A stretch of DNA of 64,000 nucleotides. Origin: Acidobacteriota bacterium (GTDB lineage: Bacteria > Acidobacteriota > UBA6911 > RPQK01 > JAJDTT01). The first letter of the stretch is position 1. The number at the start of each line of letters is the position of its first letter. The position numbers were made by a program, and so were the translations under genes. Below the pieces are notes generated by a model, which was not told the DNA's origin, did no database searches, and was given only the letters and a program-made list of their open reading frames with translations. Of this stretch, positions 1 through 10,349 are shown in pieces. The stretch lies in assembly GCA_965209055.1 (NCBI GenBank), contig OZ242374.1, positions 128,001-192,000 of the forward strand, read 5' to 3'.

Positions 1-81
1 GTGGCGTTGCGCCGGGGCAGCCTGGTGGTGAACTCGAGTCAGGGTGGAGGCGGCAAGGACCTGTGGGTATTGGAAGATTGA
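1..81 (+). CDS. 3' end of circularly permuted type 2 ATP-grasp protein (partial)
   Basis: Frame 1 reads VALRRGSLVVNSSQGGGGKDLWVLED*, the characteristic C-terminus of this family. Alpha-E and transglutaminase genes follow. Confidence 0.85.
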   Translation: MALRRGSLVVNSSQGGGGKDLWVLED

Positions 82-161
82 GTTGATGGGGGCGCGAGTT
101 CCACGCGGCGCCCGGCGACGGATCCTGGTGGAGTGACTCGACTGCATTTGGGGAGGGAGCA

Positions 162-1553
162 ATGAGAGAGAGAACGAAGATGCCGTTGCACAAGCGGCTG
201 GTGCGGGGAGCGGTGGGGAAATTGCTGTTGGTGGCGATCTGCCTGTTGTGCGGGACGACGGCGGCGCAGGCGGCGGTGGACGACGAGGTGCTGTACGTGT
301 TCAACACCTTCTCGTTCATGATCTGGGGCGCCATGGTGATGTGGATGTGCGCCGGATTCACGATGCTGGAGTCCGGATCGGTGCGGACCAAGAACGCCTC
401 CATGATCTGCATGAAGAACATCGGTCTGTACTCGATTGCGGGGTTGGCCTACTACGTGATCGGCTACAACCTGATGTACGCGGACGTGGGGAGCGTGATC
501 GGGTCGTTCAAGCTGCTGTACGGACCGTCGGCGCAGGATCTGGCGCTGGTGGCGGGCGAGGACGGAGCGGCGGCGGCGGTGACGGGGGCCGACAGCAAGT
601 ACTCGACCATGTCGGACTGGTTTTTCCAGATGGTGTTCGTGGCGACGGCGGCGTCGATCGTCTCGGGGGCGCTGGCCGAGCGGGTGAAGATGTGGTCGTT
701 TTTCGTGTTCGTGGCGGTGCTGACGGCGGTGATCTACCCGGTGGTGGGCGCCTGGACGTGGGGCGGCGGCTGGCTGGGTGAGATGGGCTTCCAGGACTTC
801 GCGGGATCGACGATCGTGCACGGCACGGGGGGCTGGGCGGCCTTGGCGGGGATCCTGATCGTGGGGCCGCGTCTGGGCAAGTTCCGCAAGGACGGGACGG
901 CGAAGCCGACGCCGCCGTCGAACGTGATCGTGGTGACGCTGGGGGTGTTCATCCTGTGGTTCGGGTGGTTCGGATTCAACGGCGGGTCGCAGTTGGCGCT
1001 GGGGAGCGCGGCGGACGCGCTGGCGATGAGCCACGTGTTGGTGAACACGAACCTGGCGGCGGCGGCCGGAGTAGTGACGGCGCTGATCGTGTCGCGGCCG
1101 ATCCTGGGGCGCAACGACCTGTTCGCGACGTTGAACGGTGCGATCGCGGGACTGGTGGCGATCACGGCGGGACCGGACATCGTCTCGCACCACTGGTCGA
1201 TCGTCATCGGGGCGATCGGAGCGATCCTGTGCACGGCGGGGATCAAGTTCCTGGAGCGGGCGAAGATCGACGACGTGGTGGGCGCGGTGCCGGCGCACCT
1301 GTTTGCGGGGATCTGGGGCACGATCGCGGTCTGTATCGCGGCGGGCGGCAACCTCGGGGTGCAGTTGTTGGGCATCGTGGCGGTGGGAGCGTTCGTGTTC
1401 ACGACGTCCCTGATCCTGTGGAAGGTGCTGGCGATGACGATGAGCGTTCGGGTGTCGGAGCAAGTGGAACGGCTGGGACAGGACGTGGGCGAGTTGGGCA
1501 TGGAAGCCTATCCCGAGTTCGTGCTCATGCCGGAAGAACTGGACGAGGAATAA
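162..1553 (+). CDS. amtB: Ammonium transporter (Amt family)
   Basis: Motifs FFQMVFVATAASIVSGALAER, DFAGSTIVHGTGGW, LWFGWFGFNGGS and IDDVVGAVPAH; RBS-like GGGAG upstream. Confidence 0.95.
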   Translation: MRERTKMPLHKRLVRGAVGKLLLVAICLLCGTTAAQAAVDDEVLYVFNTFSFMIWGAMVMWMCAGFTMLESGSVRTKNASMICMKNIGLYSIAGLAYYVIGYNLMYADVGSVIGSFKLLYGPSAQDLALVAGEDGAAAAVTGADSKYSTMSDWFFQMVFVATAASIVSGALAERVKMWSFFVFVAVLTAVIYPVVGAWTWGGGWLGEMGFQDFAGSTIVHGTGGWAALAGILIVGPRLGKFRKDGTAKPTPPSNVIVVTLGVFILWFGWFGFNGGSQLALGSAADALAMSHVLVNTNLAAAAGVVTALIVSRPILGRNDLFATLNGAIAGLVAITAGPDIVSHHWSIVIGAIGAILCTAGIKFLERAKIDDVVGAVPAHLFAGIWGTIAVCIAAGGNLGVQLLGIVAVGAFVFTTSLILWKVLAMTMSVRVSEQVERLGQDVGELGMEAYPEFVLMPEELDEE

Positions 1554-1583
1554 CGGCCGGTTCTCATCGACTGGGGGTCCAAG

Positions 1584-2573
1584 TTGCTTTCACGTAGCGC
1601 CCAAGGCCTGTATTGGATGGGCCGTTACCTCGAGAGGGCGGAGCATCTCTGCCGCCTGATGCGTTTGCAGGTCGAGGCGTTGGTGGATCGCCCGATTCGG
1701 GAGATCCACTTTGGCTGGAGCCGCATTTACATCAGTCTGAACCGGAATCCGCCGGGGGGCAGCCTGGAGCTTCTGTGGGGCGACGAAGAAGACCCGCTGG
1801 TCGACTCGTATACGCTGGCTGATTCCTACACCTTGGCCGACGATCTCACCTTTGAGAGGTCGAATTCCGATTCGATATACAGCTGCTTCTCCTTGGGCCG
1901 AGAGAACGCCCGCCAGATGCGCAACCGGATCAGCGGCGAAATGTGGAGTTGCCTGAACCTGTCCTATTTGAGGCTCCAGGAGATGACCATCCAGAAAATC
2001 TGGGAGGTCTCCCCGGAGGATTTCTACGTCGCCACGGCGCATGACATCGACACCTTCGTCGGTGTCGCCGAAGTGACCATGTATCGGGACGAAGGCTGGC
2101 GTTTCTGGCGGTTGGGGCGAGCCATCGAGCGGGTCCAATCCTCGGCCTCATTGTTTCTGGCTCAAATTGAAGCCGGACGGCGGATCGACGAGTCCTTGGG
2201 CGAGGACTGGACCAGCCTCCTGCGTTTCTGCCAGGCGTTCGATGCCTACAATCGAAAACACAGCGTCGACGTCAAACCGGATCGGGTCCTGGACTTGCTT
2301 GTGACCGATCCGCAACTGCCCGGCTCCCTCTTTCGGTCCCTTGATGCGGCGGTCGCGGAGCTGGACGCCATCGGCCCCGGCCCCAGCGCTCACTCGGGGG
2401 CGCCGGCCCGGCGTTTGGCCGGGCGCTTGCGAGCTCTGATCCACTATGCCTGGCCGGACCGGGAGGACCACGAGAGTCTCCTCCAGTGGATCGGGGAGCA
2501 CTGCCGGAAACTCCATGGTTTGGTCATGGCCGCCTATGTCGACTACCCCATCGAGGACTCCCCTCTGCGCTGA
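1584..2573 (+). CDS. Alpha-E domain protein (DUF403)
   Basis: N-terminus MLSRSAQGLYWMGRYLERAE, plus ARENARQMR-like and GRAIER motifs. Confidence 0.9.
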   Translation: MLSRSAQGLYWMGRYLERAEHLCRLMRLQVEALVDRPIREIHFGWSRIYISLNRNPPGGSLELLWGDEEDPLVDSYTLADSYTLADDLTFERSNSDSIYSCFSLGRENARQMRNRISGEMWSCLNLSYLRLQEMTIQKIWEVSPEDFYVATAHDIDTFVGVAEVTMYRDEGWRFWRLGRAIERVQSSASLFLAQIEAGRRIDESLGEDWTSLLRFCQAFDAYNRKHSVDVKPDRVLDLLVTDPQLPGSLFRSLDAAVAELDAIGPGPSAHSGAPARRLAGRLRALIHYAWPDREDHESLLQWIGEHCRKLHGLVMAAYVDYPIEDSPLR

Positions 2574-2577
2574 TCCC

Positions 2578-3450
2578 ATGACCGGGACGGTCCGATATGA
2601 GATCGAGCACGTTTCCCGGTACCGGTACGCATTCCCGGCCCGGGAGTGCGTCATGTTGCTCTGTCTGAAGCCGCGCGGCGACGGCGGCCAGCGACTCCGG
2701 GATTTCAGGATCGAAACCAGTCCAGCGGCTTCCCTGACCAGTGAAACGGACTGCTTCGGAAACGTCCGTCACGTTCTCTATATGCACCGCGAGCACGATG
2801 GCCTGGAAATTTCCGCACGGTCGACGGTCGAACCGGCGGTTCCGGATCCTCTTCCCGGGAGTCTCGGCACCCAGGCCTGGCGGGAGATCCTCTCCTGGAG
2901 CGAATCTGTGGACTATTGGGACTTCACTCGCCCCAGCGCTCTGGCGCGGCCGTCAACGCTGCTGGACGAGTTCGTGTCCAGGAAAGGTATCGAGCGCGGG
3001 GACGATCCTCTCGAGGGGCTGCTTCGCCTCTCCCGCCGGCTTCACCGCAGCTTCAGCTACGTGCCGGGCAGTACGTCGGCGGCATCTCCCATCGACGACA
3101 TCCTTCAATCGGGCCGGGGGGTCTGCCAGGACTACGCGCATGTCATGATCGCCGTCGCCCGGTCCTGGGGCATTCCCTCGCGGTACGTCTCCGGGTACCT
3201 GAGCGAAACCGGCCAGCCCGGCGAGCAGGCTGTCGGAAATGCCACCCATGCCTGGGTCGAATGCCGGCTGCCGGAACTGGGTTGGATCGGCTTCGACCCC
3301 ACCAACGTGAGTCTGGTCGACCAGCGGCACGTGCGAATCGCCGTGGGCCGCGACTATAAGGACGTCTCGCCGACCCAAGGTGTCCGCCAGGGAGGCGGAG
3401 AGACCAATCTCGAGGTGGATGTACAGGTCATCCAGAAAGATGCGCTCTAA
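2578..3450 (+). CDS. Transglutaminase-like protein
   Basis: N-terminal YEIEHVSRYRY domain; catalytic GVCQDYAH, HAWVE and GFDPTN motifs. Start moved to ATG 2578. Confidence 0.92.
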   Translation: MTGTVRYEIEHVSRYRYAFPARECVMLLCLKPRGDGGQRLRDFRIETSPAASLTSETDCFGNVRHVLYMHREHDGLEISARSTVEPAVPDPLPGSLGTQAWREILSWSESVDYWDFTRPSALARPSTLLDEFVSRKGIERGDDPLEGLLRLSRRLHRSFSYVPGSTSAASPIDDILQSGRGVCQDYAHVMIAVARSWGIPSRYVSGYLSETGQPGEQAVGNATHAWVECRLPELGWIGFDPTNVSLVDQRHVRIAVGRDYKDVSPTQGVRQGGGETNLEVDVQVIQKDAL

Positions 3451-5167
3451 GGTCGACCCCATCACTCGTGAAATCGTTCAGAATGCGCTCTCCTCGGGTG
3501 CGGACGAGATGGCGCTGGCCCTCTACCGCACCGCTTACTCCACCATCGTAAGGGACTGCCTGGATTACTCCACCTCCCTGTGCAACGAGCGCGGGGAGAT
3601 GATCGCCCAGGGCGTCACCATACCGCTGCACCTGGGTTCGGTGCCGCACGCCATGGAGACCCTGCTGGAGAAGTACGGCCGGAAGATGGAGCCGGGGGAT
3701 GTTTTCATCATGAACGATCCCTTCGGCGGGGGAATGCACATTCCCGACATCTACGTGGTGAAACCGGTTTTCTGGGAAGGTGAAATCGTCTGTTTCGCCG
3801 TGACGACAGCCCACCATCTGGACCTGGGGGGGAGACTGCCGGGGAGCTCGGCCTGCGACAACACGGAGATATTCCAGGAGGGGCTGCGCATCCCATGGCT
3901 CAAGCTCCATCACCGGGGGGATCCGGACGAAGCGATCTTCGCCCTGCTGCGCACCAACGTCCGGGTGCCTGAGAAAACCGTGGGGGACATCCGGGCGCAG
4001 GTCGCCGCCTGCAATATCGGGGAGCAGGCGGTGGAGCGGCTCATCGCTCGCTATGGCGCCGAGACTCTTTCGGCCTGTGGCGACGATCTCATCGACTACA
4101 CGGAAAAACTCATGCGCGCCGAGATCGCGTCGTGGCCCGACGGAACCAGCACCTTCGTGGACTACATGGACAGCGACGGAGTCGGCGGGCCCCGGGTCCG
4201 TTTCCAGGTCACCGCCACCATAGAGGACGACACCTTCACCGCTGATTTCAGAGGAACCGATCCTCAGGTCCGGGGAGCGCTCAATTCGACTCGCTCCTTC
4301 ACCTGCGGGGCAGTGGCCGTGTGCGTGCGCTGCGCCATGAGCGGGGATGTGCCCAACACGGCGGGGATGTTCCGTCCTCTGAATGTCATCACCGAACCTG
4401 GAACCGTTGCGGACGTCGTAATGCCGGGAGCCTCTTCAATGCGGGGCGTCACCGGATTTCGCATGGTCGACACCATCTTCGGAGCCATGGCCGGTCTGCT
4501 TCCCGATCGTATCCCGGCCGCCGGAGAGGGTGGAAACACCCTGGTCGTTTTCGGTGGCCGGCACCAGGACCGGTCTGCCTATATCTACTACGAGTCGCTC
4601 ACCGGCACCTGGGGAGGCCGGCCGGGGATGGATGGCAACGATGGTCTCTGCAATCCCATCGTCGTGGCCAGCAACATCCCGGTGGAGCAGGCGGAAGCCG
4701 AATACCCGGTGCGGATTCGTCGGTACGGCTTGGTGGGCGATACCGGAGGACCGGGAAAGTACAGGGGAGGGTTGGCCGTGGAACGGGAATGGGAACTGCT
4801 GGAGGGCGAAACCCATCTCGCCATACGCTCCGACCGCCGCGATCATTTGCCCTACGGCTTGGTTTCCGGGAAACCGGGAAAAGGTTCGATAAACGTCCTG
4901 CACAGAAAGGACGGCAGCCGAGAGGTGCTGCCCGTCATGATCTCGACGACGATGAGAGCGGGTGAAGTTCTTTATCATCGGCAACCTGGGGGCGGCGGGT
5001 GGGGAGACCCGTTGGAGCGGTCTCCCCAGTCCGTAAGGCGGGACGTGAAGAACCAGAAGGTTTCGCTCCGGTCGGCCCGGGAAGACTACGCCGTCAGCTT
5101 GGATTCGGAGGATTGCCGGATCGGCGAGAGGGCTCCGGGTCGAAAATCGCAGCGCCGAATGGAGTGA
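3440..5167 (+). CDS. Hydantoinase B / 5-oxoprolinase family protein
   Basis: DPITREIVQNAL, NDPFGGGMHIPD, EIFQEGLRIP, GGPGKYRGG and PGGGGWGDP motifs. ATG 3440 overlaps the upstream gene end. Confidence 0.92.
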   Translation: MRSKVDPITREIVQNALSSGADEMALALYRTAYSTIVRDCLDYSTSLCNERGEMIAQGVTIPLHLGSVPHAMETLLEKYGRKMEPGDVFIMNDPFGGGMHIPDIYVVKPVFWEGEIVCFAVTTAHHLDLGGRLPGSSACDNTEIFQEGLRIPWLKLHHRGDPDEAIFALLRTNVRVPEKTVGDIRAQVAACNIGEQAVERLIARYGAETLSACGDDLIDYTEKLMRAEIASWPDGTSTFVDYMDSDGVGGPRVRFQVTATIEDDTFTADFRGTDPQVRGALNSTRSFTCGAVAVCVRCAMSGDVPNTAGMFRPLNVITEPGTVADVVMPGASSMRGVTGFRMVDTIFGAMAGLLPDRIPAAGEGGNTLVVFGGRHQDRSAYIYYESLTGTWGGRPGMDGNDGLCNPIVVASNIPVEQAEAEYPVRIRRYGLVGDTGGPGKYRGGLAVEREWELLEGETHLAIRSDRRDHLPYGLVSGKPGKGSINVLHRKDGSREVLPVMISTTMRAGEVLYHRQPGGGGWGDPLERSPQSVRRDVKNQKVSLRSAREDYAVSLDSEDCRIGERAPGRKSQRRME

Positions 5168-5319
5168 AACAGGAGAAGTCGATCCGGTGGGTGGAGGGAC
5201 TTGTCCAACCGGGTGAATGTCGCTGAAGGGGGAGGAATAGAAGGACCGGTTCCGGTATTGTTACACGGCGGTCCTAAACCGGGCGCAGGTCCGGTAGTTT
5301 TTCACTGCGCGGGTGCCAA

Positions 5320-6861
5320 ATGCTGAAGGGCGCACGAGTACGCATGAAGATTCGCGATGATGGAATTCTCCGACGTTCTGGTGCGCTGACGGAAACAGCG
5401 CGGTCGCAGCGTGGCGTACCCCCGGGCGCATGCCGATCCGGCTCGCCGTCGTATCGCGGAGATGACACAGACGGAGACACGGCTGTCCCCGGTCTGCGGA
5501 ACATTTCCTATTTTTCCTTTTTCCTCAAGCGGATCGTGTTGGCCGGCGTCGTCTGGACGCTGTCGTTGACGGCTGCTCCCGCTAGCGGCGACGACCAGGA
5601 AAAAGATGAGAAGAAGGCTCCGGCCGCGACTGAACGCAGCGTGGGAAACGAGCTTCCCAGTTGGGTTTCTCTCGCCGGCGAGTTCCGCGGCCGCTTCGAA
5701 GGTCGCCGGAGCCTGGGTTACCGGAAGGGGAACGACGACGGATACGGTCTGATCCGGACCCGTCTGGACCTGGGGCTCACACCGGCCTCCTGGCTGAAGT
5801 TCGGGTTTCAGGGACAGGACGCCAGTGCACCGGGCATCCGTGAAGGGTTGCCGAACATCGGAGTCTTCCGCGACGGGTTCGACTTGCGGCAGGCATACGC
5901 CCAGGTCGGGAGCGAGAACTCACCGGTCACGTTGACTGTGGGCCGCCAGGTCCTGGCCTATGGAGATCAGCGCCTCGTCGGCGCGTTGAACTGGACCAAC
6001 ACCTCCCGGGCCTTTGACGCCGTAAAGCTCCAATTCCGCGGAGACGGGGCCCGGGTCGACGTCTTCTCAGCGCAAGTGGTGCAGAACGACCCTGCGGTTC
6101 GAATCAACCGCTCCATGGAAGGGAACAACCTGCATGGCGTGTACGGCGCCATCGAAAACGTGATCCCCGGCTCCACCCTGGAACCCTACCTCCTGTTGCG
6201 GTCGGCTGCTTCCGTCGTCAACGAGTTGAACCAGAGAGGCAAGCTCAACCGCTACACCATGGGCTTGAGAGCTTGGGCGAAGGGGCTGGGGCCCTGGGAC
6301 TACAACCTGGCTATGGTCCGGCAGTGGGGCGACATGGCCGGCGCGGTGATCGACGCCTGGGGCTATTACGTGGAGTTGGGCTATTCCATCGCCGCCGAAT
6401 CGAGCCCCAGGCTCTATGTTCACTATAACTTCGGCTCGGGTGACGAGGACGCCAGCGACGGCCGGGCGGGCGCCTTTGACAACCTGTATCCCACCGCCCA
6501 CTTCCACTATGGCTACAACGACCTGGTGGGCTGGCGCAATCTGAAGGACATCCGGCTCGGAGCCGAGTTCAAGCCCCATCCGAAGTTTGGACTGACTGTC
6601 GATTTCCATTCCTTCTGGCTGGCCACGGGCAATGACGCCCTCTACAACGTTTCGGGGGTATTGTCCGTTGCGCCGCCGGCCGGCGGGGCCACCGACCTGA
6701 AGGTCGGAAACGAGCTGGACGCCATGTTCACGATGCCGGTGTCCAAGGCCGTGAACCTGGGCGGCGGCATCGGCTACCTGTTCCCCGGTCCCTTTCTCAA
6801 GGCCAATACGCCAGGGGACGGGAACACCTTCACCTACCTGGTCGCGTCGTACAGGTTCTGA
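5320..6861 (+). CDS. Alginate-export-family outer-membrane beta-barrel protein
   Basis: GRQVLAYGDQRLVG, RAFDAV and FDNLYPTAH motifs; C-terminal YRF. True start is probably later (e.g. GTG 5536). Confidence 0.75.
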   Translation: MLKGARVRMKIRDDGILRRSGALTETARSQRGVPPGACRSGSPSYRGDDTDGDTAVPGLRNISYFSFFLKRIVLAGVVWTLSLTAAPASGDDQEKDEKKAPAATERSVGNELPSWVSLAGEFRGRFEGRRSLGYRKGNDDGYGLIRTRLDLGLTPASWLKFGFQGQDASAPGIREGLPNIGVFRDGFDLRQAYAQVGSENSPVTLTVGRQVLAYGDQRLVGALNWTNTSRAFDAVKLQFRGDGARVDVFSAQVVQNDPAVRINRSMEGNNLHGVYGAIENVIPGSTLEPYLLLRSAASVVNELNQRGKLNRYTMGLRAWAKGLGPWDYNLAMVRQWGDMAGAVIDAWGYYVELGYSIAAESSPRLYVHYNFGSGDEDASDGRAGAFDNLYPTAHFHYGYNDLVGWRNLKDIRLGAEFKPHPKFGLTVDFHSFWLATGNDALYNVSGVLSVAPPAGGATDLKVGNELDAMFTMPVSKAVNLGGGIGYLFPGPFLKANTPGDGNTFTYLVASYRF

Positions 6862-6942
6862 CGGCGGAATGGATCGGCGGCCCTGGTCTTCGCCGGGACA
6901 CCCGTCCGGACATGACGCTCCGGACCGGGCGGCCTCCGGCTC

Positions 6943-7680
6943 CTATACCTGAGCCCTCTCCAGAAGGACGGTGACCCCCATGTCCAGGTATTTCTGGCGG
7001 GTTTCGGGCGTGTAGTTGCGGAAGAGGACCTTGGTGCCGGTTCCGCGAAGCTGCTCGCAGGTGTGCCGGACACAGTCGTCGACACTCTTGAACGGGTGGT
7101 GGGGGTGGCTCTCCAGGCTGAACGTCAGGTCCATGGGCCCGAAGGAGAGACAATCCACGCCCGATTGAGCCAATTGCCGGGAGGCGGTCACGGCCGCCAC
7201 CGACTCGAGCTGCATCCAGAGGACACCCGTCTCACCCCACCAGCGCCGGTACTCCCGGTGATCGTCCTCGGGATTGAAGTTCAGCCGGTGAACGCCGCCC
7301 CAACTGCGGACACCGTCCGGGGCGTAATAGAAGTTGTCCACGGCTTCGCGAACCGTCTCCACGGTCTCGACCTGCGGCACCTCGATGCCGGCCGGACCCA
7401 GGTCCAGGACGTTTCCGATCAGGTAGGTATGCCGTGTGTGCTTGATTCGGAACTGCACCGGCATGTCCAGTTCGGCCGCGACGGCGCAAACCCGGATCAG
7501 GTTCGACTCGTTGTAGGCGTCATGCTGGCTGTCGACCCACAGGAAATCGTAGGAGCCGGTCTCGGCGATGGGACGGAGCATCTCGTCCCCGGCCGTGGGT
7601 GGAGCGTACGCGCCGATAATGATTTCGCCTGCGTGGATGCGTTTTTTCAGAGCTGCCGCGCGGGCGCTGATGGAGGTCAT
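6943..7680 (-). CDS. HpcH/HpaI aldolase family protein
   Basis: DFLWVDSQH, LDLGPAGIEVPQVET, QLES and FGPMDL motifs. Confidence 0.85.
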   Translation of the reverse strand: MTSISARAAALKKRIHAGEIIIGAYAPPTAGDEMLRPIAETGSYDFLWVDSQHDAYNESNLIRVCAVAAELDMPVQFRIKHTRHTYLIGNVLDLGPAGIEVPQVETVETVREAVDNFYYAPDGVRSWGGVHRLNFNPEDDHREYRRWWGETGVLWMQLESVAAVTASRQLAQSGVDCLSFGPMDLTFSLESHPHHPFKSVDDCVRHTCEQLRGTGTKVLFRNYTPETRQKYLDMGVTVLLERAQV

Positions 7681-7822
7681 GGTCGTTCTCCTGTCGGGAC
7701 GGTTGGTGAATCAAAGGGCAGATTATACACCGCGTCGAAGTCCGGGGAGCGTCCCGGCGGGCACGGATTCGGGCTGATAGACTCTCGGCGATCGATTCCA
7801 TCACAGGAGTGTGAGGTGAGCC

Positions 7823-8704
7823 ATGCACAGACTTTCCCAGGGTCCTCTCTACTACGAATACAGCCGGCACAATGAAGTGCGTCTGCGGATCGAGCCTGGA
7901 GAGAAGGTGCTGGTCGAGGCTGAAGACGCCTTCTCGGGGCAGGTGCGGACCAACGAGGATCGCCGCGACCGGAAGGCGATGCCTTTCGGCAACCCGCAGA
8001 CCGGTCCCATCTACGTGAACGGTGCGCGACCCGGAGATGCGCTGGCCGTCCATATCCACGAGATTCGCCCCAGTATCGGCCAATGCGCCACCCGGACCAG
8101 CGATCCCAAGCAGCTCGCCGAGTGGATCGGCACGGACTGTCCCCACGGCACCCACGTCTGCCCCATCCGGGACGGAAAGATCTATTGGAGCGACGAGATC
8201 ACGATTCCGTATCGGCCCATGCTGGGTTGCATCGGGACGGCTCCGGACATGGGAGTGCCCACCACGGGTCCCGCAGGACCCCACGGGGGCAACATGGACA
8301 TCATCGAGACCGGTCCCGGCAGCACCGTCTATCTCCCGGTCTACGTTCCGGGCGCCTACCTCTATCTGGGAGACGCCCACGCCGCCATGGGCCATGGCGA
8401 ACTCTCGGCCAGCGGGCTCGAAATGCCTTCGGAGACGATCATCACCGTGGACCTGATCCGCGAAAAGACCATTCCCGGACCCCGGATCGAGTCGGCGGAA
8501 GAGATCATGACCGTGGCCACCGGCTGTCCCATGGAACGGGCCACGGCTCAGGCCTACGCCTGGCTCATCCTCTGGATGGAGGAGGAATATGGCTGGAACC
8601 GCTGGAAAGCCTACGATCTGCTGACCCACGTGGGCCGGATCTCGGTCGGCTACTACGCCATCGGGACGGTGGCGGCCAAGATCGCCAAGGAGTACCTGGC
8701 CTGA
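7823..8704 (+). CDS. Acetamidase/formamidase family protein
   Basis: NPQTGPIYVNGARPGDAL, HGGNMD and GDAHAAMGHGE motifs. Confidence 0.9.
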   Translation: MHRLSQGPLYYEYSRHNEVRLRIEPGEKVLVEAEDAFSGQVRTNEDRRDRKAMPFGNPQTGPIYVNGARPGDALAVHIHEIRPSIGQCATRTSDPKQLAEWIGTDCPHGTHVCPIRDGKIYWSDEITIPYRPMLGCIGTAPDMGVPTTGPAGPHGGNMDIIETGPGSTVYLPVYVPGAYLYLGDAHAAMGHGELSASGLEMPSETIITVDLIREKTIPGPRIESAEEIMTVATGCPMERATAQAYAWLILWMEEEYGWNRWKAYDLLTHVGRISVGYYAIGTVAAKIAKEYLA

Positions 8705-8803
8705 CCCGCGTTTTTCGCGCGTCTTGAAGAGCCGCCGGCAACAGCGGCGCCTTCCCGCCTGCCGCTGCCGCTCCTACACCGGGAGGGGGGACCCGGCTCG
8801 CCG

Positions 8804-9961
8804 TCAGTTTTCGTCCGGCCGGATGAAGAATACGTATTCGTTGGTGTCGCGTCCCCGGTAGATGATGCTGTAGATCACCATAAGCTCGTCCGGGACCGAA
8901 TCGTCGTAGGTGTTGATGACGCAGTTCTGCCCGTAACCGTCGGGGTGCCCCTCGTCGCCGCTGACGATGATCCCTTCTCCCCAATTGACACCGTCGTCGG
9001 ACTGGTAGAGGACATAGCGGCGGCTCCCCTCGCTGTAGTGTCCCGATCTGCCGTGCAGATAGTACTTGCCGCCGAGGTAGGCGAGCTCGGGATCGCGAAT
9101 CATCTTGTCCAGGAAGGCTTTCTTCTGGGGACTCCAGGTATGCCCCTGGTCCTTGCTGATGCAGTAGTAGAAGTGATCCTCGTCGGCTGACTTATAGGCC
9201 CCAGCCAGCAACCGGCCGTCCTCCATGATGGTCATGGTTCCGTACCATGCCTCATCGTCCAACGACATGGCGCTTCTCTTGCTCCATGTGCGCCCATCGT
9301 TCTGGCTGACGTAAAGGACGTGGGGACCCCCATGGCTGTCGACCATGACGTAGTTGGTCTCTCCCACCACCGCCGTGGAGCAGGGATAGCCGACGAATTT
9401 GCCGTCCAGGGTTTCGTAATCGGACCACGTGCCCCCATTGTCGTAGCTTCGGATCAGCCCCAGCTTGATCCGGGTTTCTTCGGAGCGGACCCGGAATTGG
9501 GTCAGAAACAGGACAATGGTGCCTTGCTCCGTGACCAGACCCTCCTCGACCCAGACCGGATGCTTCTGATCCCGGGCGTAGGCCTCGAAGGAGTATGGGA
9601 GCTTGTTGTACCGGTCCCAGGTCTTGCCCCGGTTCCGGCTGACGGCGTACTCGCTCCAACCGTCCAGGTTGTGGTCGCTGGTGTTGGCGTAGAAGGCAAC
9701 GATGTCGCCGTTGGGGTATTCCATGCACACCGGACCTCCGTGGGAGCATCGCCCGGGCGCATCGTTCTCGAAATCCGCGATGACGTTGCCGAAGATGTCA
9801 TCGCCCACCTTGGTGGACGGGTCGTGATCGTAGATCACCGCGCCGTCAATGGGATGGTACTGTCCGGAATCCTGCGCCAGCAGATGCCGGGGCAATGGAG
9901 CGAACATCCACCCAAGGGCCAATACCAGGACTGCAACCAGATCCACTCGCCGACTTGTCAT
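8804..9961 (-). CDS. Secreted BNR/Asp-box (sialidase-like) beta-propeller protein
   Basis: Signal peptide; Asp-boxes SRNRGKTW, SYDNGGTW, SQNDGRTW, SKDQGHTW and SDDGVNW. Confidence 0.8.
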   Translation of the reverse strand: MTSRRVDLVAVLVLALGWMFAPLPRHLLAQDSGQYHPIDGAVIYDHDPSTKVGDDIFGNVIADFENDAPGRCSHGGPVCMEYPNGDIVAFYANTSDHNLDGWSEYAVSRNRGKTWDRYNKLPYSFEAYARDQKHPVWVEEGLVTEQGTIVLFLTQFRVRSEETRIKLGLIRSYDNGGTWSDYETLDGKFVGYPCSTAVVGETNYVMVDSHGGPHVLYVSQNDGRTWSKRSAMSLDDEAWYGTMTIMEDGRLLAGAYKSADEDHFYYCISKDQGHTWSPQKKAFLDKMIRDPELAYLGGKYYLHGRSGHYSEGSRRYVLYQSDDGVNWGEGIIVSGDEGHPDGYGQNCVINTYDDSVPDELMVIYSIIYRGRDTNEYVFFIRPDEN

Positions 9962-10199
9962 CGTCTTTCCTCCTCTGGTTCGGAAACGTTGCGAGGGACA
10001 TTATCCTCTCTAGTCACCTCACTTCAACAATCTGGGGAAAAAGTCCCATGTAGAACTGAGGCGGGGCTACGTACGTCGGCCGGACAAGGCGTGACGAGTA
10101 GACCTGTTCGACCCTTTGTGAACGAGGAGCGACCGAGTCAGCCGGATTACAGAACCGGCCGAATGCCGTGACGACTCCTGGCATGGCCTGTCCACGGAA

Positions 10200-10349
10200 A
10201 CGCTCTCGATATTGACTGATTTGAGCGATTGCCAGCTCGATATCTTCAAGGAGAGCTTGTCCTATACCTGGGCTCTCGGCCTCGTAGTAGCTTGTGGCAC
10301 GGTGCAACTCTTCCTCAGCTTCGGGGTGGAAAACAACCCGGCGGTTCAC
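10200..10349 (-). pseudogene. Truncated RelE/ParE-family toxin
   Basis: VVFHPEAEEELHRATSYYE...LEDIELAIAQI is ParE-like. Similarity is lost after about 50 aa and the FPYxIxY half is missing. Overlaps the antitoxin stop. Confidence 0.65.

Noticed and set aside
5170-5535. Sigma54 or nitrogen-regulator site upstream of the porin
   Set aside because: A TTGGCAC occurs on the minus strand without a correctly spaced TTGC; no convincing operator.
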